Assembly (NCBI GenBank): GCA_004524365.1
Contig: SDNL01000002.1
Span: 1-49,074, forward strand
Source of the DNA: Promethearchaeota archaeon
GTDB lineage: Archaea; Asgardarchaeota; Lokiarchaeia; Sigyniarchaeales; SOKP01
Length of the DNA stretch: 49,074 nucleotides
Reading direction: 5' to 3'
Below, piece by piece: positions 34,950 to 44,595 of the stretch. The notes beneath the pieces are model-generated. The model did no database searches, was not told the origin of the DNA, and worked only from the letters and a program-made list of their open reading frames with translations. Position 1 is the stretch's first letter. Every line of letters starts with the position of its first letter. The position numbers and the translations under genes are program-made.

Positions 34950-35846
34950 ATGAGTGATAATTCATTTTTACAAACTCTAATTAAAAATCCCGAAAAAATA
35001 GCTGATTTAGGTTTTGATAAGCTTAGAGAAATTATTAATGAAGCAAAGTCAATTTTTAAAGAGGAAAAGCTACTTTTAGAGTTAAATATTGAAGAGAATC
35101 AAGAAGCTTATATTATAGGAGATATACACGGAAATTTAAACTCATTAAAAAGAATTCTAAATATTATTAAAAAGGAAAACCCCCAATTTATTTTATTTCT
35201 CGGAGATATTGTGGATCGTGGTCAATTTCAATTGGAATGTCTTCTAATAGTACTCGCTTTAAAAATTCTCTATCCAAATAGATATTATTTATTACGGGGA
35301 AACCATGAAACAGTCGAGATGAATAAATCTTATGGTTTTTATACTATATTTAATCAAAAATATGCACGATCAGACAGATTTTCCATAATCAGAGATTTAT
35401 ACAAAACAATTCCAATTTCCGCTATATTAAATGATTTTGCTTTATGTCTCCATGGAGGAATTCCAGAAAATTTTGAATTTCTAACTGAAATACGAGAATT
35501 ACAATTGAAAGAAGTAAAGAAAAATATTCCCGACTCTATAAAAGAAGGAATTTATCAAATTATGTGGAATGATCCGAAACAAGGATTAACTGGTTTTACA
35601 GGGAGTTTTCGAGGCCCAGGAATAAAATTTTATGGTCAAGATGTTTTTGAAGATTTTATGGAACAAAATGATCTACTATATCTTGTTCGCTCCCACGAAT
35701 GTTTTCCTGAGGGATATAGATGGTTTTTCAAAGGAAAATTATTATCTATTTTCTCTTCCAAAAATTACAGGGGAGAATCTATGCCGAATCCAGCCTCAAT
35801 TGCTATCATTAATGATAACACAGTTAGAGGCAAAAATATATTTTGA
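34950..35846 (+). CDS. PPP-family Ser/Thr protein phosphatase (metallophosphoesterase)
   Basis: GDIHGN, GDIVDRG, LRGNHE, LHGGIP, VRSHEC. Confidence 0.85.
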   Translation: MSDNSFLQTLIKNPEKIADLGFDKLREIINEAKSIFKEEKLLLELNIEENQEAYIIGDIHGNLNSLKRILNIIKKENPQFILFLGDIVDRGQFQLECLLIVLALKILYPNRYYLLRGNHETVEMNKSYGFYTIFNQKYARSDRFSIIRDLYKTIPISAILNDFALCLHGGIPENFEFLTEIRELQLKEVKKNIPDSIKEGIYQIMWNDPKQGLTGFTGSFRGPGIKFYGQDVFEDFMEQNDLLYLVRSHECFPEGYRWFFKGKLLSIFSSKNYRGESMPNPASIAIINDNTVRGKNIF

Positions 35847-36008
35847 ACTAATAGATAATCTCTAAGAAACTTAAAAATATAATTAGCTTATTATTTAAAA
35901 TAATATGATGATGAACTAAAGAAAAATTACTTCTATAAGACCTTTAAAATTCCGAGATCCTCTACTGCTCTATACTTTCTCTTGGTAATGAAGCCAAAAG
36001 GAAGAAGC

Positions 36009-36242
36009 TTAGAGAATTTCGGAAGCATCGGGTTTTATAAAGAGGAGATTATTGCCTCGAATAAAAATTTCACTATATTTTGCTGCCGGACTTCCATCCA
36101 AAATTTCCGTCGCATCTTCGAGAATCATATTCATATAGGCATCAATTTCTTTTAATCTTCCACGGTATTCTGTTCCATCCTTCAGTCTTAAGAGAATCTC
36201 AGAGCTCTGGGCATCTTGAAGGATTTTAAGTGGGTTTTTCAT
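36009..36242 (-). CDS. Sm-like (LSm) archaeal protein
   Basis: Sm1 is ILLRLKDGTEYRGRLKEIDAYMNMILEDA and Sm2 is IFIRGNNLLFI. 77 aa. Confidence 0.85.
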   Translation of the reverse strand: MKNPLKILQDAQSSEILLRLKDGTEYRGRLKEIDAYMNMILEDATEILDGSPAAKYSEIFIRGNNLLFIKPDASEIL

Positions 36243-36597
36243 TTTTTGCTTAAACCTTATTAAAATAAATTTATTAATATGTAGTTATTAATACAAGTGA
36301 ACTAAGAAATATTAATTTTATATATTTGTAAAAGATTAAGAGTTTAAAGAATTAAAACCTTTTGTATTAATTTTGTTTAAGGATCTCTTTTAATTAATTA
36401 GAGATATTAGATATCCTTCTAAAATTTCATAATCATGTTAAAATACTATTTTTTTAAGCAAAAAACGCCTAATGATAAAAATTAATGAAGGATTATTGAA
36501 AAAGAGTTTTTGATACTGGTTAATTTAAAAAAAGATTTAAATTAATTATATTTCTTATATAATGTAATAAAGATTTTTGAATTTTGATGAATAAAAA

Positions 36598-37281
36598 ATG
36601 AGCGAATCTATATTATTTCCAATCGCATTTATTTATTATTTTGTTTTAATCATAGTTAAGTTTTCAGCTGCAGCCATATTCTATAAAACTTACTATGATT
36701 CTAAAGTGAATAAATTGGTCTTAGGAGCTTCCTTATTATTCTTGTTTTCCGCAATATCTCGAATAATTATGGTTATTTTTGATTTTCCTTTAACCAAATT
36801 TGATTCAAGCTTATATCAAAATTATGCTATTATTTGGAAAATCGGTTATTTTATAAATAATATGGGGTATGTGTGTCTTATTTTTATTTCAGAAATAGCA
36901 ATACTCAAGAAAAAATCAAGATTTTTAATATCAATCTTTTATTTTATATCCCTTATCATCTCAATTGTCCCAATAGATATTAAAACAGTTCAGGTGATTT
37001 CAATTATCCCTTCAACTCTTGCAATGATTTTCATCCCATTAACTTATTTGTTTTTAGCAAAATATAAAACGATTCGTACACGTGCCTTAGCAATATTTGG
37101 TGGATATATACTCTTTTTTACAGGATCATTAATATTTATTGAAGAAATCGTTCAAGTATTTATTTCACTTAATCCAAGTCAAGCTCTAAATATACGAAGC
37201 TTAATTCATATAATCTCAATTAGCGTGAAAATAGTGGGAATTGGTATTATGATTTATGGATATCGAAAAAAGTTAGTATGA
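36598..37281 (+). CDS. integral membrane protein (about 7 TM)
   Basis: 227-aa hydrophobic ORF. No family motif recognised. Confidence 0.5.
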   Translation: MSESILFPIAFIYYFVLIIVKFSAAAIFYKTYYDSKVNKLVLGASLLFLFSAISRIIMVIFDFPLTKFDSSLYQNYAIIWKIGYFINNMGYVCLIFISEIAILKKKSRFLISIFYFISLIISIVPIDIKTVQVISIIPSTLAMIFIPLTYLFLAKYKTIRTRALAIFGGYILFFTGSLIFIEEIVQVFISLNPSQALNIRSLIHIISISVKIVGIGIMIYGYRKKLV

Positions 37282-37340
37282 TAAAGCTTAGATTTTTGTT
37301 TTGCTACATAAATGTTTATTGAATTTCACTAATAATAGAC

Positions 37341-38195
37341 TTAAAGTCCAAGATTGGGAAAATAATAATCAGACAAACCTGAGAGATTATATCCATGATA
37401 ATTTTTTACGATTTCTAATAAAAATTCTAAATATTCTGATTGTATATTAATTTCAAATTTTTCACTAAGTATATCGACTAATTTTTTTTTACTTAATTTT
37501 TGATTTCCATTATTATTTTGAAGGATGTTTATGATTTCATTAGACATTCGGAAAGCTTTATTTATCTCGTTTCTAAAAAGGAGTAATCCATAAGAAGGAT
37601 CTTCTTCAAAAAGAAATTTTTTAACAATTGCGCTTTCAATTTTAATTCTTCTTTTCTTCATATCTTTTTTCTTATTTTTTAATATATTGTCCATATAAAT
37701 GACTTCATGTTTTTTATAACTTTTTTTGTCTTTTCTATATTCATATTGATTTAGAATTGAGAAATCATAATGGAAATTATCATGAAATATAAACTCAATC
37801 ATATTATATAGGGGGTTATATATAACGTCATTATCATGTATGAACAGAATCTTTTTTTTCATAAGAATGCCATTTAGGATATAGACAATTTCTAGAGCTT
37901 TAATATTCAATACTATCAAATCGACTTTGATATCATCAACTTTTTTATTTGCTTCTGAGGTTTTAACATAATCTTGTTTAATTTCTGGAAGTTCGATTTT
38001 AAAATCACAAACAAAACTATCTCGAATATTTAAATTTTTATCTATATATGCTACAAATGAATGTTCACAAATAATATTTTCCTTAATATTTATCGCTGCA
38101 AGCCCGCTACTACTTTTTTTTAATATATCAACCTTTTTTAATTCAACTTTTCCATATTTATTACACAACGGGCAATTTATTTGAACTTTAACCAT
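37341..38195 (-). CDS. hypothetical protein with N-terminal Cys-pair module paralogous to 7625-8296
   Basis: The N-terminus is INCPLCNKYGKVEL...CEHSFVAYIDKNLNIRDSF, compared with ECTCGEIITYEI...HNDHFVTVYVDKNYNVRGIE in the other ORF. The rest is K/N-rich and helical. Confidence 0.5.
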   Translation of the reverse strand: MVKVQINCPLCNKYGKVELKKVDILKKSSSGLAAINIKENIICEHSFVAYIDKNLNIRDSFVCDFKIELPEIKQDYVKTSEANKKVDDIKVDLIVLNIKALEIVYILNGILMKKKILFIHDNDVIYNPLYNMIEFIFHDNFHYDFSILNQYEYRKDKKSYKKHEVIYMDNILKNKKKDMKKRRIKIESAIVKKFLFEEDPSYGLLLFRNEINKAFRMSNEIINILQNNNGNQKLSKKKLVDILSEKFEINIQSEYLEFLLEIVKNYHGYNLSGLSDYYFPNLGL

Positions 38196-38405
38196 ATAAA
38201 TTATAGAAAGTAGATCGGTTATTTTAATGTATTGATTTTAATTTAATAATTATAATATTAATTATAAAAGAGTTTTTTTTATGAAAAACTCATATTTACT
38301 TTTAAAATTCAGCCATTTAATCAATTTAATTAATTTTTTCAGAAAATATTCAAAATATTTTAAAAATTATATAAAATTCTATTAATTAAATAAAATAGAT
38401 TCTAA

Positions 38406-38996
38406 ATGAATTTTGATAAAAAGAAGGGAAAAAAGATAATAAAAAAGTATAATTCTTCAGCCCCTTTTTATGAAAGTCGATATAAAAGTATACAATTTAA
38501 CAAATATTTACAAATCTTTTCTAATTTTGAACTAGAAGGAAAAAAAATTATAGATGCAGGTTGCGGAACTGGATTAATCTTCGATTTTTTGAATAAAAAT
38601 TATAATTCAATTAGAACTACATACTTTTCTTTAGTAGGAGTGGATATGTCAAATAAGATGTTAGAGATATTTAAGGAAAAATTAAGCCAATTTTCTATAT
38701 TAAATCATAAAGTAAATTTGATTCGAGCAGACTTGGAATACCTTCCTTTCAGATCAGAAAGATTTAATACATTATTTTCATTTACATCTTATCAAAATCT
38801 TTCAAATATAGAAAAGGGGTTTTCTGAATCATTGAGAGTTTTAAAAAATAAAGCAGAAACCTATATTTCAGTTCTCAAAAAAAGCATTAATCAACAAGAT
38901 TTTATAAATCTTATAAAACCCAGATTAATAAATATGAAAATTATAGATAATCAAAAAATTGAAGATTTAATCATTGAAGGTATACTTAATAAATAA
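38406..38996 (+). CDS. class I SAM-dependent methyltransferase
   Basis: Motif I IIDAGCGTGLIFDFL, GVDMSNKML, and post-II LEYLPFRSERFNTLFS. Confidence 0.7.
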   Translation: MNFDKKKGKKIIKKYNSSAPFYESRYKSIQFNKYLQIFSNFELEGKKIIDAGCGTGLIFDFLNKNYNSIRTTYFSLVGVDMSNKMLEIFKEKLSQFSILNHKVNLIRADLEYLPFRSERFNTLFSFTSYQNLSNIEKGFSESLRVLKNKAETYISVLKKSINQQDFINLIKPRLINMKIIDNQKIEDLIIEGILNK

Positions 38997-39050
38997 TTTT
39001 TCATAAAGGGCTTAATCACTTACTTTAAAATTGCATTTGGATAATATTAA

Positions 39051-39932
39051 TTATTCTTCTTGCAAAAATTCTTTTAAAATCTTACCAGAATCAGATTCTA
39101 GGTTAAATTTTCTCCCAAAATAATTACATATATTGTCAATATCTCTTTTCAAAAACATTAAAGCGTTAGGATGATCGGCAGAAACGGCTTGGAGCCAGTC
39201 GATTAAAAGAACATTTCCTTCCTCGTCGCAAACAACGTTAAATTCGCCCATATCTCCATGAATAAGACGAGCTTTTCGATAAATTAGTTTCATTTGGTCT
39301 ATTATTTCTTCGAATATATAAGTTGGATAGTTGATATCCTTAAAGTAGGCTAATTCCTTACCTCGAAGATATTCCATCACAATCATATGCCTATTTTGTG
39401 CTATAGGTGTAGGAGTTTTTACATTATAATTGGAAAGTATTTCCAAATTTTCATATTCTTTCTTTGCAGCAAGACGATTGACATGCAACCAATTAAAATG
39501 AGCCCTTTTCCCTATAAGATTTCGATATAATTTAACATTCTTAAAAGAGACACGACCAATTCTGTAAACTTTCAATGCATAAATATTTTCTTCATCATCT
39601 ATACAGCTATAAACATCACTTTCTTTCCCTTTTCCAATAGCGGGGCCTAATTGACTTATAATATCTCTTTTTACTATATTTTTAAGTGCTAAGACATCAT
39701 AACCGAAGGAATTCAACTTATAGGCCATTTGGGTCTTAGTTGTATTCCTCATAGTGAGTCCGAACTTATGTATTCGGTCTAATCGATATTGTGTTTCTTC
39801 CATTTTATACCGAGCATAAAATCTTATATCGCTTAATTTTACGAATTTTGATTTTTTCATTCCGAATTCTATTGCTTTAAGCACTTTAAAATCTTCCTTT
39901 TCTAATTTCGGTAATAGCTTAGCGACTTTCAC
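39051..39932 (-). CDS. rio2: RIO2-type serine/threonine protein kinase
   Basis: N-terminal winged helix (EDFKVLKAIEFGMKK), IGKGKESDVY, ALKVYRIG, catalytic LIHGDMGEFNV, and LIDW. GTG start with GAGGGTGG 8 nt upstream (39941-39948). Confidence 0.85.
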   Translation of the reverse strand: MKVAKLLPKLEKEDFKVLKAIEFGMKKSKFVKLSDIRFYARYKMEETQYRLDRIHKFGLTMRNTTKTQMAYKLNSFGYDVLALKNIVKRDIISQLGPAIGKGKESDVYSCIDDEENIYALKVYRIGRVSFKNVKLYRNLIGKRAHFNWLHVNRLAAKKEYENLEILSNYNVKTPTPIAQNRHMIVMEYLRGKELAYFKDINYPTYIFEEIIDQMKLIYRKARLIHGDMGEFNVVCDEEGNVLLIDWLQAVSADHPNALMFLKRDIDNICNYFGRKFNLESDSGKILKEFLQEE

Positions 39933-40740
39933 TTTCTATTCCACCCTCAGCTGAAAGATATATGAATTTCCAATATACTTTACCAAAGCTATATAATTTG
40001 TAAATATGAGGGATTAAAGCAATCATTAAGGCAATAAGATTTAATAAAGAGAAAACGGTTATTTCAAGTATTGAAATATAGTAAATAGAAGATGTAGAAC
40101 CCGGTTGATGCAAAAATAAAAAAATTCCTTTCTGTAAGTAGAGAATAATGCCTATACTAATAATAATTCCCATTAGAGAAAAGATGATTAAATCGAGATC
40201 CCTTTCATATATCCCCAAAAGTATGTTAATAATGCATAATATCAAAGAAATGATTACAAAGGATTGGTATGAAATAATCCAATAATCGTAAAATGTCGCT
40301 GTTATTATATAAGATCCCCACAATCTTGGACTAAATAACGGAATTAATATCGAAATAAGAGATAAGACTAGAAAAATAACTATTCCGATCAAAATAAGGA
40401 AGCATAAACGAATAGTAAAGAAATGGTTAAATTTAAGAATATCTTCTTTTTTTCTCTCTTTAGTAGGTTTTAACATCTCATTTAATAGTTTATGAACCTC
40501 ATTGGGGAATGTTTCTTTTTTCTCATTAATTATCCATTCATCTTCAGAATAAGTGGAAATGAGTTCTTTTAACCGTTCTTTACCTTGTATTAAAATGCTT
40601 TCTTTTATTTCGGGGCCTTTCCAGAGAAATATTTTATTAGATTTTTCATCAAATATAGCTAATATATCGTGAAATAGAAGAATTTCAGTTTCTTCTATCC
40701 ATTTATCTTTTTCTTTATTATAAATAAAAGTTTTGAGCAT
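39919..40740 (-). CDS. gelsolin-like domain protein with C-terminal 4-5 TM membrane anchor (tentative)
   Basis: The N-terminal roughly 95 aa is TFIYNKEKDKWIEETEILLFHDILAIFDEKSNKIFLWKGPEIKESILIQGKERLKELIS...EWIINEKKETFPNEVHKLL. This follows the gelsolin-repeat pattern (F..gD.yil......iy.W.G......E...a...a..l.......e..E). Four to five hydrophobic helices follow. The 3' end overlaps rio2 by 14 nt. Confidence 0.45.
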   Translation of the reverse strand: MLKTFIYNKEKDKWIEETEILLFHDILAIFDEKSNKIFLWKGPEIKESILIQGKERLKELISTYSEDEWIINEKKETFPNEVHKLLNEMLKPTKERKKEDILKFNHFFTIRLCFLILIGIVIFLVLSLISILIPLFSPRLWGSYIITATFYDYWIISYQSFVIISLILCIINILLGIYERDLDLIIFSLMGIIISIGIILYLQKGIFLFLHQPGSTSSIYYISILEITVFSLLNLIALMIALIPHIYKLYSFGKVYWKFIYLSAEGGIESESR

Positions 40741-40832
40741 TAGTATTAAATATTAAGAATATAATTTAATAATAGTTTTTGATTTTAATTCTAAATAGTA
40801 TTATAAAAATAGAAGGGAAGTAAAGAAAAAGA

Positions 40833-41717
40833 TCACTCTTCTATTCTCTTTTCTATATTCTTCCAAAGATTATCAATATATTCATTATAGGCTTTTATTA
40901 TATTCTCCCCAAGATCTCTAAATCTTTTTTGAGATCCGAGATAATCTTGAATAGGTTTACGGTTTTCGCGATTCAAAAGTTTTTTACTTTTTTTGGATAA
41001 ATAAAAAATTCCATCCACAACTTCATATAGGGGCCAGAATCCAGTCTCATTAGCTAATCTTCCTATTTTAATGGTGTCTTTTGGATCAAACCCCCATCCC
41101 GGCGGACATGGTGCTAAAATGTGAATATATTTTGGACCTTTTATTTTTCTAGCTTTTTGGAATTTTTCATACAAATCAAGGGGATAAGCGGCATTAGCTG
41201 TTGCGACATAAGGAATACCGTGTGCTTCCATTATTTTAGGCATATCTTTTTTATGGGTAGTTTTTCCTCCCGGTGTGGTAGTACTATAGGCACCTAAAGG
41301 TGTAGAACCACTCCGCTGTACGCCTGTGTTCATATAAGCTTCATTATCATAACATGCATAAACGAAATTCGTCCCTCGTTCTACAGCTCCACTTAGAGCT
41401 TGAATTCCTATATCCGTTGTCCCCCCATCACCAGCAAAAGCCAATACACAAATTTCATCATCTAAACCTTTTGCTTCTAAGGACCCAAGAATGCCAGAAG
41501 CAGCAGCACCCGTAGTTGCAAAGGGTGTGTGCAGAACAGAAATTTTAGTGGAACAAAAGCCTTGCATCCCATGTAAAACGGTTAAACAACTGGCTGGAAC
41601 TGTACCGATAGTTTTTGGTCCTAACGCTTTGAGGGCCATTCGATATATTAATGCCATACCACAGCCAGCACATGCCCTCGTTCCTGGATAAATAAACTCT
41701 TCCTCCCTGAGATCCAT
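40833..41717 (-). CDS. porB: 2-oxoacid:ferredoxin oxidoreductase beta subunit (TPP-binding)
   Basis: PGTRACAGCG and the TPP motif FAGDGGTTDIGIQAL. The start is uncertain: ATG 41717, TTG 41729 or GTG 41741. POR versus VOR cannot be told from sequence alone. Confidence 0.8.
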   Translation of the reverse strand: MDLREEEFIYPGTRACAGCGMALIYRMALKALGPKTIGTVPASCLTVLHGMQGFCSTKISVLHTPFATTGAAASGILGSLEAKGLDDEICVLAFAGDGGTTDIGIQALSGAVERGTNFVYACYDNEAYMNTGVQRSGSTPLGAYSTTTPGGKTTHKKDMPKIMEAHGIPYVATANAAYPLDLYEKFQKARKIKGPKYIHILAPCPPGWGFDPKDTIKIGRLANETGFWPLYEVVDGIFYLSKKSKKLLNRENRKPIQDYLGSQKRFRDLGENIIKAYNEYIDNLWKNIEKRIEE

Positions 41718-41730
41718 TACATTTACCAAT

Positions 41731-43005
41731 CTACTTCTCACCTCTATTTAAAAAATCTAATTCATCTAATTTTAAACCAATAAATTCTGTTTTGTTTGAA
41801 AATTCTCCTTTTTCTGCATAATCAAGTCCTTTTTCGACCCCTTCGATAATTTGATCATCTGAAACATCCCTTCCACCAAGCCCTACAATGAAACCCTTTA
41901 TAAAAGGAGGATTATTCAGTCCGTATAGTGCTGATTTCAATTCATAAGATAAAACCCCTTCATAACCATATCCAATATCTCTATCAAACACAATAATATT
42001 TTTAAATTGTGCCATTAAATTTCGTAAATCTTCTGCTGGAAAGGGTCTAAATAACCGTAAACTCACTAATCCTATATTTAATCCTGAATTTCTTAGCGTT
42101 TCTAAAGCATTTCGGGCTTGTGATGCTATAGATCCCATTGCAAAAATTACTGAATCAGCATCTTTAGTAAGATAGGTTTTATAAATTCCATTTCCGTAGC
42201 TTCTTCCAAATTCTTCGGCAAATTCATCATGTGCTTGTTTTACTACATCTATTGAACTTTCAAGGGCTTTTTGTAGAGAGTATCTATATTCATAATAACC
42301 TGGTGCGGTACCTTCTTTTCTTTTAACAATGTGAGGCGTAGTTACTGGATCCACGCCTTTTACTTTACTAATATCAGATAAATTTATATGATGATTTATA
42401 GGGGGTAAAAAATTATCTATTTCCTTTTGATCTTCAAGTATCACAGGCATCATTGTATGTGAAAGAATATATCCATCATAACCTACAATAGTAGGTAAAA
42501 ACACGCGGGGATCTTCTGCGATCTTAAATGCTTGCAAATTTGTATCATAAATTTCTTGGTTATTTTCACAAAATAATTGAATCCAGCCTACATCTCTAAC
42601 AGTAATAAAATCTTGATGATCAGTCCATACACTCCAAGGAGCGCCTAAAGCTCTTGTAGCTAAATTAATTATTATTGGTAATCTATTTCCAGATGCCCAG
42701 GGAAGCATTTCATACATTAATTCTAAACCGTGAGCGGAAGTAGCTGTACCTACTCTTGAGCCCGTTGCCGAGGCAGCACAGCATACAGCTAGAGCGGAAT
42801 GTTCAGACTCAACTCTTACGAATCGAGCATTTAATTTTCCTTTAGCAATAAAGTCTGAAATTTTCTCAACAACAGGACTCTGAGGGGTTATTGGATAGGC
42901 AGAGACAACTTCTACTTTTGCTTGCCGAAATGCGTGAGCAGCAGCATGATTTCCTGTTAAAATCTTTCTATTTTCTTCCTTATTTACTTTAATTGCTTGA
43001 GTCAT
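41731..43005 (-). CDS. porA: 2-oxoacid:ferredoxin oxidoreductase alpha subunit
   Basis: LTGNHAAAHAFRQAKVEVVSAYPITPQS is the typical alpha N-terminus. The ATG at 43005 overlaps the delta-subunit stop (ATGA) and has GAGGTGA upstream. The ORF-track start at 43077 would lie inside the delta gene. Confidence 0.85.
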   Translation of the reverse strand: MTQAIKVNKEENRKILTGNHAAAHAFRQAKVEVVSAYPITPQSPVVEKISDFIAKGKLNARFVRVESEHSALAVCCAASATGSRVGTATSAHGLELMYEMLPWASGNRLPIIINLATRALGAPWSVWTDHQDFITVRDVGWIQLFCENNQEIYDTNLQAFKIAEDPRVFLPTIVGYDGYILSHTMMPVILEDQKEIDNFLPPINHHINLSDISKVKGVDPVTTPHIVKRKEGTAPGYYEYRYSLQKALESSIDVVKQAHDEFAEEFGRSYGNGIYKTYLTKDADSVIFAMGSIASQARNALETLRNSGLNIGLVSLRLFRPFPAEDLRNLMAQFKNIIVFDRDIGYGYEGVLSYELKSALYGLNNPPFIKGFIVGLGGRDVSDDQIIEGVEKGLDYAEKGEFSNKTEFIGLKLDELDFLNRGEK

Positions 43006-43301
43006 TTGATCTTCACCTCTTTCATGGTTATCGCTTGTACAGGACACTCTTCCATACAAATACCACAACCTTTGCAATATCTATTATCTACTTCAGGAGG
43101 AATAGTTCTAGAAATTACTCCTTCAGGACAATACAACCAACAATTAAAACATACATATTTACCAGACTTAACTGGAATACATTTATCTAGATCAATAATT
43201 GGTTTTAAACTACTCCATGTTCCTGTTTCTCCAGCCTCTCCCTCCACAGGCGTTTGAATTGACCCCAAAATTTTTTGATAATCTTTTTTCGAATTCGTCA
43301 T
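43002..43301 (-). CDS. porD: 2-oxoacid:ferredoxin oxidoreductase delta subunit (2 x 4Fe-4S)
   Basis: CFNCWLYCPEG and CKGCGICMEECP. 99 aa. Confidence 0.85.
   Translation of the reverse strand: MTNSKKDYQKILGSIQTPVEGEAGETGTWSSLKPIIDLDKCIPVKSGKYVCFNCWLYCPEGVISRTIPPEVDNRYCKGCGICMEECPVQAITMKEVKIK
43013..43019 (-). promoter_or_regulatory. Shine-Dalgarno motif GAGGTGA for the alpha subunit
   Basis: The reverse complement of tcacctc at 43013-43019, 7 nt upstream of the ATG at 43005. Confidence 0.55.
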
Positions 43302-43422
43302 TTATATCAACATTCACTAATCATTTTTGTTATATAATTTTTTTACTTACGAAAAATAAGAACACATATATTTTATCTTAATTTTTATTGTTTATACTCC
43401 TTTTAAAGTTCTAAAGACTCAA

Positions 43423-44013
43423 TTATAATGTTTTAGCTAAGTTATATCCTTGTTCAATAAGTTTGTTATTTAATTTGCTTAACTCCTTATTCATCCGTTT
43501 ATTTATTATTTTCTTCAAATTATCGAGAGTTAAAATCGGTAAGGCTTTAGCTAATAACCCTAATATGGGCGTATTTACAATGGGATTACCATCAATCGTT
43601 AAACTATTTTCTATTGCGAGTTTTGTTATATCAGCAACAATAATTTTAGTTTGTTTTGACAAATCATATGTTTCTTTAAAATAGGTGGGGTTTTTATCAG
43701 AATTTACAATAAATGTTCCGTCCTTTTTTAATGAGCTAACTATCTCTTGGTTTAAAACACTTTCATCAAAAACAAGTAAGATATCTGGATTTGTGATAAA
43801 AGATCGATCCCAAATCTTTTCCTCAGTCGATAATTTAGCATATGCTTGAATGGGGGCGCCTCTTCTCTCAGCACCAAAAGAGGGATAAGCATGTACATCA
43901 ATTAATTGACCACTTAAAAATGCCGCCTCTGCGATAAATTGGGATGCTGTAACAGCCCCTTGACCCCCTCGGGCATGAATAATAATATTTACAATGATAT
44001 TTTTTCCCGTCAT
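43423..44013 (-). CDS. porG: 2-oxoacid:ferredoxin oxidoreductase gamma subunit
   Basis: IIIHARGGQGAVTASQFIAEAA...YPSFGAERRGAP is the typical gamma subunit pattern. Confidence 0.85.
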   Translation of the reverse strand: MTGKNIIVNIIIHARGGQGAVTASQFIAEAAFLSGQLIDVHAYPSFGAERRGAPIQAYAKLSTEEKIWDRSFITNPDILLVFDESVLNQEIVSSLKKDGTFIVNSDKNPTYFKETYDLSKQTKIIVADITKLAIENSLTIDGNPIVNTPILGLLAKALPILTLDNLKKIINKRMNKELSKLNNKLIEQGYNLAKTL

Positions 44014-44245
44014 CTACATCATTTAGTAAGTTTTTAAAATTATATACTCTAATAGGAAATTATCAAAAAAATAAATATTTAATGGGAAAATAGTTGGAAT
44101 ACGAATGATTACCCCTTCAGAACCATTTTCTTTTCAATTTTCATTTTTATGATTATATTTATTGGGAAAAGTAATTATTTCTTAGACTTTTTATTTTATT
44201 AAGTTTTTATAGAATAAAATTTGATTGAGGTTGAATAATTAATAT

Positions 44246-44551
44246 ATGAATTATTGCCCTGAATGTGGTTCAGAATTAATGGAGATTTTTAACATCTGTC
44301 CATATTGCGGTTTTTCACTCTCCCAATTTTCAAAAAAGATCGAAAAAAATATAGAGAATAAAGCAGATGTACTTTCACAAAAAAATAAAAAAATACAAGA
44401 ATTAGAAGCTAAAATCAATAAATTAGAAAAAAAATCTCAATCGTTAGGTTTTGGAGCTGCGGAGAGTTGGCCATTTTTTATCGTTTTTTTCTTTATTGCT
44501 GGTTTTTTTCTCATATTCTTTTTCATAATGTTCTTTATCTTGAGACATTAG
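44246..44551 (+). CDS. small zinc-ribbon / coiled-coil / single-TM protein
   Basis: CPECGSEL...CPYCG, then KKIQELEAKINKLEKK, then a hydrophobic C-terminus FFIVFFFIAGFFLIFFFIMFFIL. Confidence 0.55.
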   Translation: MNYCPECGSELMEIFNICPYCGFSLSQFSKKIEKNIENKADVLSQKNKKIQELEAKINKLEKKSQSLGFGAAESWPFFIVFFFIAGFFLIFFFIMFFILRH

Positions 44552-44595
44552 ACTTTAAATATTTACTCTTTCTTTTCCTCCTAAAGATTTTGAGT

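Noticed and set aside
35895-36008. Possible box C/D sRNA (atgatgatga at about 35906) in the gap between the phosphatase and Sm genes
   Set aside because: No CTGA D or D' box occurs at the required spacing, and no terminal stem pairing is visible. A single TGATGA match is expected by chance in AT-rich DNA.
43006-43077. 24-aa N-terminal extension of the oxidoreductase alpha-subunit ORF
   Set aside because: It would overlap the delta-subunit coding region in another frame. The ATG at 43005 has a GAGGTGA motif upstream and forms the classic ATGA stop/start overlap.
43302-43422. 121-bp gap between the oxidoreductase gamma and delta genes as a site for a small gene or RNA
   Set aside because: There is no ORF of meaningful length, no GC-rich structured segment and no repeat. 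It is most simply an internal spacer or secondary promoter region.
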